From Microbotryum violaceum (taxonomy: Eukaryota): a stretch of 64,000 nucleotides of DNA. Positions 38,971 to 51,498 of this stretch are shown piece by piece. The stretch covers positions 1,364,001-1,428,000 of the forward strand of contig CDLV01000012.1 in NCBI GenBank assembly GCA_001244265.2. The letters are read 5' to 3'. The stretch's first letter is position 1. Each line of letters starts with the position of its first letter. The notes beneath the pieces were generated by a model that was not told where the DNA came from, did not search any database, and worked only from the letters and a program-made list of their open reading frames with translations. The translations under genes and the position numbers were made by a program.

Positions 38971-40411
38971 AACTGTCTAAGAGGATCTCGCCGTGTGATA
39001 GGAATAGTGGGATACATGTCATGGGATTCGGGCCTCGCACGATGAAGCGAGTTCGAGCCTGGCCACTTTCTAATTGGCCCTGGTGGCGACTATTCGGATC
39101 GGCCAGTTCAGCCGCGGTAAAAAATGCTTATGAGTTGACAATTGTCGACGGGGTCTGGCGCGTCGCACACAGAGGGGGTTGCTACGATGTTGAATGATCT
39201 CGCCCTGCCAAATGACCCCCACAGAACCCCACCGCTCCGAAGTTTGGAGTTGGGCCGCCGCAGCGCCAATGAATGGAACTCCGAGTCTGCGATGGGCTTC
39301 TCGCTCGACTCTGGGATGTGCACTTGTGGAGAGTGTATTTGAGTCCACCATCGCCTTCCTCGAGTCTTCCCGGCCCCTGACAGCCCGATGCTCGAACTGG
39401 AAGGACTTTCTCTCAAATCCCTCGCTGTGGCGGCCAACACCAAACTAGTCTGACTATGCAATCTTCTAGACATCTGGAACGATGAACTCAATTCCAGGAA
39501 GATGCTCAGAACCTTTGGTGCAATTTTGAAATGTGCATAAAATGAGCGGCGGTGCAATTGAATCGCAGCTCGAACAGGCTGATGAAAAGGAAGATAAACG
39601 GCTCGAACATCGACCCACGCCCGCCGGTAGCCGAGGGCCCAGGGACAGAAGAACACTGTTCGCTTCACGGAGCGGATCGCCAGGCCCAAGAGTTGAGATT
39701 TCGACAATAATCCACGACCCAAGTTGTTTTCTGCCCAGCGCCGCGAGCGCGCGTCGCGCGCGTGGCAAGCTCATGCACGTGCACACGCATGCCGATTTAT
39801 TTTGTTATACTGCTTTGCTTTCGTTCCGTCCACAAGAAAAGCACAAATGCTATAGATCTTTTACCGTTCAGCGGATATCCGTAGGCAAAGTTAAGAGATG
39901 ATTGGATAAATGAGCGTGTAGCTGATCAAAAGGAGCAAGGTTTCGTGACTGCAAGAGGCCGACCCGTAGGCTCTGTGCATCGAAGACACGCTGGCCACGG
40001 ACTCACGGTCAAGGGGCCGGAACCCGTCGGCACGGGATTCGGCAGTTTGATTATGAGCTCAATTGACAATTAAATACAAGCGTTGTCATCATTCCTCGGC
40101 CAGAGAATGTCCGAGTTCCTGTTTTCGGGGCCGACGTGAATGGGCCTCGCAAATTGCCAGGTTGCAAGCGCGGGGCGGCGCGTTTGTTTCGATCGCGCGC
40201 ACAAACTCTCTCTCGCCTTTGCTGTACCTGGAGGCGGTCGATAGGGACCAGACCGGACACAGACGTCGGCCGCACAACACGACCACATATGTTTCGGCCT
40301 CATCGTCTTCTCCTTCCTTCCTTCCTCCCCATCACTTCAGCTTCCCGTCCCGTTTCCAGTCTCCAACCCTTGTCACTCTTTACCGACCGACCCACACTCA
40401 TTTAATTTAAC

Positions 40412-41532
40412 ATGCTCGCCGTCCAAATCCTTTCCTTGTTGGCTGTCGCCCTCCCCGTTTTGGCCTCCCACGGTAAGTGGTCTCCTGCAACTCCAGCGAA
40501 AGGGATCGGTCATTTATCGCGTGCAACAACTGATTGTGCTTTCACCACCTCTTCGCCTCTCCAGACGGCACCTCGTTCGGCCTCGACAAGCGAAGCCTGC
40601 AACGCGAGGCGTCCGCCCGCATCGCGCTCGCCCGCGCCCGCGCCGCCCGCAAAGCCAAGCGCTCGGTCGAGAGCGACTCGGACAACTTGGCCACCCGCAA
40701 CTTCGAGGAGGCCTATGCCGCCGTCGGCCTCACCCGTCGCGACTTCGAAGACCACATGGAGAGCTCTGTTCTGAGCAAGCGCTCGCAGCCTAGGTTCCGC
40801 TGCTTCGTCGGCCGAGAGCGTGAGTTTCCCTCCGTGGTCGAGACTCCCAGCACCCCGACGCGTCCGCCCACGACTCCCCTACTGACCTCTGCTCGACTTA
40901 CTTCCGCGATCACAGGCAACGCTCAGGCCAACGCTAATGCCCAGTGCGTTCGCCACTACCGCAACAGGGTCACGTACGACCCCAAGGTCGCCGTCGTCAA
41001 GTGCAACCAAGTTTGCACCATCACCTGCCCTTTCGGTTACACAACTCGGATGACCGACAAGGCCACCGTCTGCGTCAAGAACGTCGACAAGTGCAAGGGC
41101 AAGACTTGCCCCAAGAGCCCCAACGGTGTGAGCGGCTGCGCTAATGGAAAGTGCACGCTCCAATGCACCACCCGCGGCTACACCCTCAACAAAGCCCAAA
41201 ACGCCTGCATCGCTCTCGGCTGCGACCCCAGCAACTGCGGTCGTGTAAGTCCTTTTCATCGCGATTCGGGACACTCATCGCTCGTTTTCCTGACCTCTCT
41301 GCTGTTGGTTCTGCTTTTATAGGAGGGCAGCAAGTGCGACGCCTCGTACGACCAGAAGTACGCCGCCACTTGCATCGTCGGCAGGTGCAGCCTTAGTCAG
41401 TTATTTCACTCCTCCCTCATGCGATCATTTGTCTAATCACTGCCGCTTCTTCTCCCGCCTCTCACAGATTGCCCCAGGGGTTTCAAGGCCGGCACCAACC
41501 GCCGCAGGCAAAAGACTTGCGTCAAGGCTTAA
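40412..41532 (+). CDS. Small secreted Cys-rich protein (PriA/CPL1-like C-terminus), 5 exons, candidate effector
   Basis: Signal peptide MLAVQILSLLAVALPVLA, KR sites, about 19 Cys in repeated modules, a DPSNCG motif and four canonical GT-AG introns. Confidence 0.8.
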
Positions 41533-43013
41533 ACCGCTTTCAACGCTCGTTGGGGACGCCCCTTTCCGTTTTTCAACGCCCATATTGCTGCCGCCTTTCA
41601 TTCGTGTCTTCATCTTCAGCTCGCCGTCGACTCTTTCTCACAGAGATCCGGATCGCAGCATTATTTCTTATTTAAACACCCTCCACCGCCGCTTCTCGTC
41701 CTGTCTCCCCATTAGAATGTACACGCCCTTGCCGGGTTTCTCTTTCCTTCTTTTCTATGGGGTGGCCTCTTTGAATGCTGTCTTTAACAGTCGTTTTCTT
41801 CGGTTTATGACTATTCAGTATCATTATGTCGTACACTCGCTTGGGCCTCTTTTGAATAGGACATTGCTGGGTTTCATCTTATTATACCCACTTAATCGGT
41901 GCTTGATTGCCCTCCGAGAGCACCGACGGTGTTTGTGCGACACGACGAGTCTCGTCAACGTGTTCGAGCGCTAAGGCGTTAGAATCCTCGTGGAACGCAC
42001 TTTTCGCATGGTGTATTGTAAGACTCCGCGCGAGGAAGAGTATTTAATGACGATCTAGGTCAAGTAAAAGTAAATACGTTCCCTCTAGACAAAAGCCAAT
42101 TTTCCCCCAAAATGGGGTGAATCGATCGAGTCTGCTGCGCACGGACTTGTGAAGCGAGGAACGGTCTTTAGGCATCGAGCATGATGAACGCAAAGACCAC
42201 ACTAGGGTGAAATTTCGAAGACACTGTTCATTGAAATGATGAGTGCAATCAGCCAGATGATCCGTGTGGTACCTCCACACCACGCGGTTGCCGGAAAAAG
42301 CAGACAGGAGCTTGTTGAACCCGGGAAGAGGTGCAGAAATACGCATGCGAGTGGTAAGATCCTGGTGTAATGCACGTCTACATGTATACAATGGATACGA
42401 CCTGGAGCTTCATTCCAAAGCAACTGGACGACGGGATGACTAGATATCGTATATACTGGGTGCTGCTCCCAAGTCCACTCTCCCTGACCATCCGGTCTTC
42501 ACTGGCAGGCCCATTAATCTCACACTGCAAAAGCGGCAGGTTCATCCCGTCTGTAATCTCCTTGGGCATCAAGCTAATCTTGGACCCTCTGCGACATATC
42601 ACCTTGATGGCCGTACCATCGTGATCCAGGTAGACGAACTGACACCTACAACTAGGCGCTTAGAAACTTGTGCCGTAGCCCCTGTCTGTTCTGGCCAGCT
42701 GGCTGCCGGTCGTTGCCCTGCCTAACCCGGCTGCCCGCAGGCATATAACAACTCACACATCCCTTCGACTTTCGACGCGGTCACACTGTTGGAAAAACAA
42801 ACGTGAAGTTCGTCAGTTCAATCCTCTATTGAGTGCGACAATTCGAGATGTTTTGCCGGTGGATGATAATCATGCATACTGTTCAGATTCTCCTAGTCTG
42901 TTTAAGTTTCATCATCCCGTCGATTTCCCGGGTTCCCACTGGTTCCCCAAAATTACGAAATGAAATGCCAACAATGAATGAGAACTAGAAACATCATCAG
43001 GAACGAAAAAAGT

Positions 43014-45134
43014 CTACTCCGAGTGAAGTTGCAATCCAAGATACTCTCTCATCTTGTTTTGCATGTCCTCCATCAAAGCTTTGGTTCGTTCTAGATGGTC
43101 TAGAAGGAGGCCCCAGGTGGGAAAGAAACGTGCGAAGATGTCAAACACCTTTCCTTCCGCTGGATCGAGCTCGCGAACAGCTTCGAGCAGCTGATTGCAC
43201 TTGCGTTGGTCTTGGACGTAATTGCTCCAAAGGTTCAGACGAGAGGCGAGAAAGCCCAAGGACGGTTGCGCGCGCATCGGCGCCAGGCACAGCGCGCTCC
43301 AGACCCCGGTGCCCGTCGATTCCTCCCAGAAAGCACCCAAGACGAGCATGAACCAGTACGTCGCCGACTCTAGATCCTTCACCAGAATGTGAGATGGGAG
43401 ATCCATCCAACCTTCCTTGAGAATCCAGAGAAGAACGCTGAAGGGGGTCGTGGTGAGCGTCACCCTGACGGATTCTTCACTGCGGTCATCTGCAACACAT
43501 ATCCGGGACGGGCTCATCCCAGGGTGCAACAATGGCCGTGTCCCAATCGACCAGAACGAGATGCCCTCGATAGTGCAGAATGTTGCCGAGCGACAGGTCG
43601 CGATGGTGAATGCCGAGATCGAAGAGAACCGGTAGAAGCGTGAGTAGCTGGTGGAAAACATGGTACGCATCCTTGAGCGGGTCGCGTCGACTCGCAGCGC
43701 GGTCAACTTGAACTCGGGTGGGAAGCGGAATAGGATTGCGCAGAATGAGCATGTCAAGTTTCCGTCGCTGAATCCGTTGTTGAGATTATTCTTCCGGCAG
43801 GCTCGTGTCCCTCATTTGCGAGCAATGAAGGCCGAACGACTTGGCCGTCTCTAGACGAGCGGTGTGCAGAGGCTGAGGATCAGCGCTGACAGTTCGGGAG
43901 AAGCGGACGCACACGCTGCTCAATCATTCGCAAAACCCTCGCATCGGACTCGACGCAATTGGGCGTATTGTGTTGGATCTTGAGCACGAAAGACGGTCTT
44001 GGAGCTGAAGCCGACGATGGCACCATGAGGCTTAGTCGAGTCAGCTGGCGCACACCGGTGCTGCGGCTAAAGATGGACCCGCCACTTGCATCTGCGGAGT
44101 CGATGAGCTTGGCAGGCTCCTCGTCAATGAAATCGACGGTGCGGCCGATGAAGGGAGCATCGTCTACGACTTCTCGAAGGTACTTTGGAATGAATGATAT
44201 GGGTGTGAAACCAGTACCGATGGGACAGTCGTAGCGGATGAGAGGGCTCAGTCCCGCGGAGTAGATATCGAGTCCCAACAGAACCGAAACAACGACCCCA
44301 AGCTCGCCAAACCCCTCGTCCCAGCAGTCCGAAATGGTAGCGATTCGGCAGGCCTCATGATCGACAACGACGAGATGGGCTGTTGTATCCGTGACGGCAA
44401 GCCCCGGCGCAAACATGCGAGTGGGTTGCCTGAGTACGTGTTGCCCCACGTCGAGAACCGTATCGGCTATGGGAGAGGGGGTGTGATCCGCAAGCTCCTC
44501 CATGACCGCACCGACGCGGCAATGTATAGGGACGAGCATACCATGCGCGTCAGACCCATTGTCAGCCGAAGCCGAAAGATCGCAGCACGTCAGAAATGGT
44601 GGAGTTGGGTCTTCTGAGGTTGGGGCCTTCCAGGCTTTTTGTCGCAGGTGAATCGAGGACGTCGTTGCGCGTGCGCGAGCGTCAAAGTCTGATGACGACC
44701 ACCGGCAGTTGCCTGTAGCAACGGACGACAATCGAGACGGTGGTCAGACTTACTGTATGTTCTCATCTCCAGCGAAGGGTTCTCGACTCAAGGCGGATGA
44801 TACTCACAAACTCGGCAAGCGACAGTACCCATTCTGCCTTCGTTTCGTTCGCAGACTGTCCGCAATCGCGTATGAAGTCATGCCGAAGCGATGCTCGGCC
44901 GGGACGATTCTGAACATGTTAAGCGCGTTCGAATCAGAACCGGTCTCGCTCGATGCCAGCGACCGAATTCATCAAAGCAGAGCTCTCGCACATCACGATA
45001 CGTGATATGATCTCGTCTTCGAGGAAGTATCGGTCGGCATCACGGTCCAGCGGATGCGACGTTAGAGCCTCGATCACATTGTCGTTTGCCGAAGTGTGGC
45101 GCGTTTCTGTTGGCGCCTCTGATTGTCGCGTTCA
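43014..45134 (-). pseudogene. Fungal-type protein kinase (FunK1/Pkinase_fungal) pseudogene, copy A
   Basis: QPTRMFAPGL..VVVDH, FSRSTGV, FVLK, IHHRDLSLGNIL..VDWD and KDLES motifs. In-frame stops, frameshifts near 43490 and 43860-43915, intron 44807-44713, and no start codon. Confidence 0.85.
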
Positions 45135-47255
45135 CCTCAATCGCCACCCTCGCGCGCTCGCGCTCGCGCTCACCACATTCCCCTGCGGATAACAGTCCGG
45201 TGCGCGATAGAGTAGTCGAGGTTCTTCTTCCGGCTCCGCTGGACAGTGACATGGACCGCGACTTCCTCGAGGAGGAGCTCATCCCACGCATCGTGATGTG
45301 CGACACCTCCGATCTGCTGTACTCGGTCTTTGGCACCGAGCGAGACCGGTTCATCGAACGCGCTTAACATGTTCAGAATCGTCCCGGCCGAGCATCGCTT
45401 GGGCACGACTTCATGCGCGATTGCAGACGATTGACGAACCAAGCGAAAGCAGACTGGGTAGTTCCGCTTGCCAGCTTTGTAAGTGTGACGTGATCGCATT
45501 TGACTTGAAATGCGAACCCGAGATGACATTAATTGCAGCGCATTCGCCTCCCCAGGCAACCGCTGGCGGTCGACAACAAAAATTGACGCTCGCACATGCG
45601 CTCCAGCGAACTCGATGGTCCTGCGACGGGGAGTCTGAGGAAACCGAAGTTTATCATTTCTTCACGGGTTGCGAGCGACTGGCGTCGGAGAATCACGGTT
45701 CCGCCGCGCATAGAATGCTTGTCCCGATTCATTTCGGGGTCACGCCACTTGCTGAGGCATCTCATGACGGCATTCCTCCCTTCGTCAGGGTCGCGTTCGA
45801 CATGGCGCAATATGCGCTCGAGCAACCGGCCCGCCTATTTGTGTCGGGTCTTGCCGTTACGAGGACCACGGCTAACCTCGTCGTGATCGATCATGAGGCG
45901 TGCCGGATCGCGACCCTCTCGGACTGCTAGGGTGAGGGCTTCGGTGAGCTCATGCGGTGATTGTTGCGGTTTTGTCGGGGCTGGACGTCTACTCCGCGGC
46001 ACTGTGCCCTTTCGTGCGCTACGAATGTGCTGGCAACATCGGTTTCAAGGCAGTATCATTCATCACATGGTACCTTCGAGCTCCCGAGCTCGAAGACGAT
46101 GTCCCTCTCGTCGCTCGCACCCTCGAGTTCATTGACGAGGAACCCGTCGAGCTCCTCAGCTGCGCAGTCGCGCGCGGCGGATCAAACTTCAGTCGCAGCA
46201 CCGCTGTGTTTCAGCTGACCCGTCCAAGTCTGATGGGGCCCAATACGTCTTCTATATCCGATCCACCGCACTCCTTTGTACTCAAAATTCAACACACCAG
46301 ACACGGGTGCGTCAGGCACGAGGCTAATGTGCTACAAATGATCGAAGAGCGTTGTGTATCCGCTGCGTCGCAGGAAGTGTCGGCTTTGATCTTTAGCCAC
46401 ATCAACCGTCTCGAACATGCCAAGTCGTTCGATCTTCATTGCTCGCAAATGAACGACAGCGACTTTTCGCTGGTGGAAGGAAGGGATTCTCATCGACGAG
46501 TACGACGGCGCAAACTGGCCCTGCTCATCCTACGCAATCCCACTCCGCTGCCCACGCTGGTTAATTGCGGTCAAGATCGTTCCCGCCCGGTGGAGGACGC
46601 TTACCAAGTTTTCGACCAGCTGCTCACGCTTTTACCGCTTCTCTACGATCTCGGCATCCACCATCGCGACTTGTCGCCAGGCGACATCCTGCAGTATCGA
46701 GGACACCTTGTTCTGGTCGATTGGGATACTGGAATCGTCGCGCCCCTGGGGGAACCTGTCCCGATAGGTGCAACCAATGGTACCGGGTCGGTCAGGGTCA
46801 ACCTCGCTACGACTCCCTTCGATGTGCTCGCCTGGTTTTTTTTGAAAGGCCAGACCAGAATACCAACGCACATACTGGCGAACGATCTAGAATCCGCGAC
46901 CTACTGGTTTGTGACCGTTCTGCGCTCGTTCCGGGTGCAGTCGTGGGAAACTGCCGCTTGGAGGGCATGGAAGGCGTTGGATTTACCACCGGGCAACCCA
47001 ACGTTCGTGAGAGCTCTTGTGCATGCGCGTTTGGAACTGTGGGGCAACAGCGGCGAGAGCTAGTGCCGGCGCATTGCACTCCTCGAAGCTTTGCGAGATC
47101 TCTGTCCGGCGGAAGGCCCGGTGGTGGACATGTTCACGCGTATCCTCCCCGTCTGGCGTGACATACTGAACATTTATCAACTCACCAAAGAAAGGATAGC
47201 AACAATGCAGGCCAAGATGTGAGACATTCTCGCATTGCAGCCTCGCTCCGAGTAG
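45135..47255 (+). pseudogene. FunK1 kinase pseudogene, copy B
   Basis: Same motifs and same intron position (45479-45556) as copy A. Stops at 45365, 45928, 47061 and 47220; the natural end aligns with copy A (LQPRSE* vs LQLHSE*). Confidence 0.85.
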
Positions 47256-47735
47256 TTGTACCCTTTCGTTCTTCTCTGTTCTTTGATGTATCTAGTTCTC
47301 TCCTTCATCGTTGGCGTCCCATCTTGTACCTTTGAAAACCTTCCAGTCGTTAGTAAAGAAGCTTTGCTCCCAAATCTCGGCATCTCTCATCGATGGCCTA
47401 CATGTCACCATAACGATAATCCTTACAAGCCTAGGCACACTTCCGTTACTCCGAACTATTCCCCTCCATCCCACCCAAGTCTCAACCCCTCGATCCAACT
47501 TCTTTCCATCGCCCTTCCCCAATTTTCACCCTTCCCTCGCTTTCCAAATCGCATCGACCTGCGCGCGTTCTTCCTCGGTCCACAACTCGTCGTTCCAAAG
47601 CATAGAGCCCGTACCTCGCCGTGTTCCTCTTCCGTCTGGTTCGTATGACATACAGGAGTTTAGTGAGTAATTCTGCACGGAAGTTTCCTCCACCTAGGTG
47701 GCACCACCACCCGAAATGGAAATGCTCACAGGCCA
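45653..47735 (+). repeat. ~2.1-kb direct segmental duplication, copy 1
   Basis: Aligns with 52662-54745 at an offset of about 7010. Confidence 0.93.
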
Positions 47736-49561
47736 TGATGGTCGCGGCTGGGAAGGGGGCCTCCCATAAATCGAGGAATCGCATCTGTCTTGGAAACTTG
47801 GCCCTATTCGGTGAAGAACGAAACCTCGGAAATCAGATCAGCTTCATCCCCAGAGGGTGATATTCGACCCTCAACCCATGATACCAGAACTCACAAATCG
47901 ATCCCGCCATACTTCTCCGCTGCTTCCCTCGACTCGGGTTTGGGCCTAATCACCATGACCACATCCTTCAACGTCTTGAAGTACTTCAAATCATCAACCC
48001 GAGCATCCACATCCTTCGGTTCAAAAGCAACGATGGTGATCATCTGCAGATTGACGAATTCCCTCAACGAGAAATCGCTCAAAGTCCATCCCGTTGCGTC
48101 CATCTCGATATTCAGACTTTTGAGACTCGTTCTCGATCCTTTGGCGATCATTGGTAACAACGACTGAGCAAAAGAGCCGATCGCCAAGGTTTCAAGATGG
48201 AAGCTATCGAGGTCGAGGGTTTGGAGTAGGCTGGAGACGTGTTCGAAATGGCCGTAGACGACGAGGTCTTTGAGGGCGACGAAGCGGTCGAGGACCATGG
48301 ACAGTAAACTGAGGTCGCTGTCGAGGTAAGAGGATTCGATGACGAGGGAGGTGATTTGCCGTCGCCATCGGGTGATCTGTGCGGGTATCAAGGGCCGGAG
48401 TCAGGGAGGGAAAGAGATGGGAAAGGAGTCGAGAGAGCTGACCTCTGATATGATGTAGAGCATATCGAGACCGAGGAAGCCTTTGAGCGTCACCTCATGA
48501 AGAGCTTGGCACTGTAATATAGAAGACCGAGCTTTAATCGGTTCTGTCCACGCAAGAATTTGCGTCCGCACCCACACCCTTGCAACTGACCATTTCAAAC
48601 AAGGGCGCGATGTTGTCCATCGTAAAACTCATCATCGTCATACCCTCCAACTCGTCATACATCTCTCGATCCCCCTCAAAGCTCGCATCCAACACCAAAG
48701 TCCTCACATGTCTTCTCAACGCTTCATTCTGATACAACGCCTCGTGCAGGCCTAGATTCTTGAGTCGACAGACCGTCCTTCTCAATTCGCGTTCGCCTCG
48801 ATTAATAGTAACCCCGAACTCAACCTCTTCCTGTTCAGTCAAGGGTTGGGGATCCCATTCTTCGACAATTTCAAGTCGAATATCACGATAGAGCAACTCG
48901 ACGCCAAAACGAAGAAAAGCCTTCGAGACGAGACATACCCGAGCGAGGTCGACGAAAGGGGCTGGGTCGAACGTTTCGGGAAATTCGTAGAGCGATTCGA
49001 GGATCAGCGGGATCAGTTCGATCGGAAGGGAGACGGGACCGGCGGGTGCGGATATGGAAGAGTCTTGGTCGATTTTTGTTGTGTCTATGGTCGAGAAAGT
49101 GCCTGTAGCTGCCTGGGCCGGCGTCTCAGCGGCGAGTATGGGATGCGCAGGCCATTTCTGCCACGCTACGTCAAGTTCCGCCAAGCGCATTAATCAGCTC
49201 TTGCGACCCACTTTCACCAAAGGGACCACAACCTACCTCTCCTCAGCGCTTGTTGAGCACTAACACTCTCGACCTGCTGATCGAACGTGCTCTGCATCTC
49301 CGGATACAACCTCTGCGCGGTTTTGATCTCCCAATGATGCGTCGTCACGTCGAGCACTTCGGCCATCACGTGCGAGCGGTGACTGCCCATCAAGTTCCTT
49401 CGCAAGCCCCGGCGAGGTTGTTGTACGCCTCCTCCGTTGGGAACAAGAGCAACAAAAACAGCTTGAGGAATGGGTGCTGCACCTGGTCCAGTAGGTCGAG
49501 GTGGTCCAGCTGCGGGTGCTCCAGGAGGGGGTAGGGGTGCGAGACGTTGGTTCGTCGCCAT
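47482..49561 (-). CDS. F-box domain protein, 5 exons, probably intact
   Basis: F-box SLPIELIPLILESL..DLARVCLVSKAF..LLY followed by LRR-like segments. Four GT-AG introns restore one reading frame; the last codons are uncertain. Confidence 0.7.
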
Positions 49562-50029
49562 GTGTCGACCTCTTGATGAACGACTGGGCGTGTCCGCGAC
49601 GGTCGTGTCTCCGTTCTCCGTTCGCCAGTGCTGGTCGGCGAGTCGATACGATCCTAAAGTTTCCACAGTTTTGATGAAAGATAGGAAATACACTCGAGCC
49701 CGCTTGCGACCGTCGAGGCAGCGTTGAGCACGGTTGAAGAGCCGATGCCGATGACGAGCCACGGCGAAGAAGGCCAAAGACGACCGCGATCGGACCCAGT
49801 CCCGACCCCCCATGGCCGCCAGCGATCTTGGGCGATCCGATCTCCGGGGCTACCCACTTGCAAGACCATGCGCCTCGGGGGTGCTCTCTCAAACAAAAAT
49901 AAGAGCAACCGAATAGATCCTTCACGAGATACCTTGTTTTTCAACAAAGAAGAAAATAAGATACCCTCGATCAAAATCTATGATAATTTTCGTGGGAGGA
50001 GCAATGGTATTTATTCATCATCCCTCAAG

Positions 50030-51498
50030 TCAGAAAATCTTGAACGGATCTGTCCCCCACCCAGCACCCCGGAGAATCAGTGCTGATCAATCCAAACAAG
50101 TCCCGAGTCTTTCAAACTTACACCCCCCCTGCTTGACCTTGAAGATGCTCATCACGACCCCGGCCATGACGACGACGATCGCGGTCCAGATGTACACCCC
50201 GACGCGTTGCTTGACCGGGTCTCTGACCGTCGGCAAGATGTACGCCAACGTGTAGGCCGAGAAACCCAACAGACCATCTAAATGGGGCCAAACGAGTACA
50301 AGAATCAGCGTCGAGCTGGATTCGATCGCTATAGTCGACTGCACTCACAGCAAGCGGCGATGATGTGCGTTTCGGCACCGTACTGGTTCGAGTACCCAGG
50401 TTGGATGTACATCGTCGTACCCTCGCGGGTCATTTGCGAGTAAGGCGGATGACGAATCTGGTTCCACATGTAGCCACCGTTCATCAATAAGATGATAGAC
50501 TGTGATTTGTAATCGGGATGCGGGGGCAAGGTCAGTTTCGATTTGGGCAAGCAGGTAAGCGAGTGCTTACCAGAACACCAGCGGCCCAGATATAAGTCTG
50601 CGACGCGATGAGGTACAACACCGACGAAGCCTTCCAGATCGTCAATCCGAGCGAGACGAAGATGAAGACGGTGCCGAACGCCTTGGTGCGGTCGATGGGA
50701 CGCGAGAAGGAGATGGGCACCTGCGCGTTCGCCTTGAGCCACGACGAGATCCCTTCGGCATTGTAGCCTCTGTTTTTGGGCAGTGTCCAAGGCGAATAAG
50801 TGGGACTGATATTTGAATTTCCATGTCGGGTAGAGAAGGCTCACAATCGACTCAGGTCGGTGGTGATGGGAGAGGAGCGAGCGCCTTCACTTCTCGGTCC
50901 TTCGGTCGGCAGGAACGTTTGGAACGTCGGAGCAGTTTGTAGTCCAAGCTGATCAATGCTTGTGTCAGCTGAGAAACCCTAGCATAGAGCAGCTGCAGTA
51001 CAACGCTCGGCCCCACACGCTCCCCCGCCGACGCACCCTCTGGTAGATCTGCTGACCATCGACGAAATCGAGCACGGCGAAAAAGTGGTTCTCGTCGACC
51101 TTCTTTTGTTGACTCTGCCATTGCTTGGCCAAGAGGTCGTACTCGGGTTGGACTTGGCTGGGGGCAGGAAAGCGGAGACGAGCGAGCGTAGATCGGGAGC
51201 GCCACGTCGCCACGTCGTCGTCGTCGGATCAGCCCGAATTTCCTCCATCGCCCAGCAGGTACAGCACCACTCACTGGCAGGGTTGACAATTGAACTGCTT
51301 CCCCATGGCGGTCAACAAGATGCTGACACTGTAATCGCGAGGGGACTGGGTGATGTGGTCGTACAGTGCCGTATCGAGCTTGATGAGCCCATTGCGTTGC
51401 AAGCTGCGGAACTTGGCCGCGTCATAGTTCTCGGACTTTTGCGCGAAGACGAGCAGCGGAGCTGAAGCAGCTAGTGCTGCGACGAGTCGGATCAGCAT
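50030..51498 (-). CDS. OST3: Oligosaccharyltransferase OST3/OST6 (gamma) subunit
   Basis: Signal peptide, PRDYSVSILLTA, thioredoxin-like CQPC, FFAVLDF, GGYMWNQIRHPPY, NQYGAET and spliced C-terminus FKVKQGGYPFKIF. Confidence 0.9.

Noticed and set aside
42040-42650. Possible degenerate gene or TE fragment
   Set aside because: Only short broken ORFs without diagnostic motifs.
45928-47063. Premature TAG codons as A-to-I editing-corrected stops
   Set aside because: The copies also carry frameshifts and TAA/TGA stops, and the TAG at 47061 aligns to Gln rather than Trp. Ordinary decay is the simpler explanation.
47800-48600. Apparent frameshifts and stops suggesting the F-box gene is a pseudogene
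   Set aside because: Each break is explained by a GT(C/G)AG...AG intron that restores the frame.
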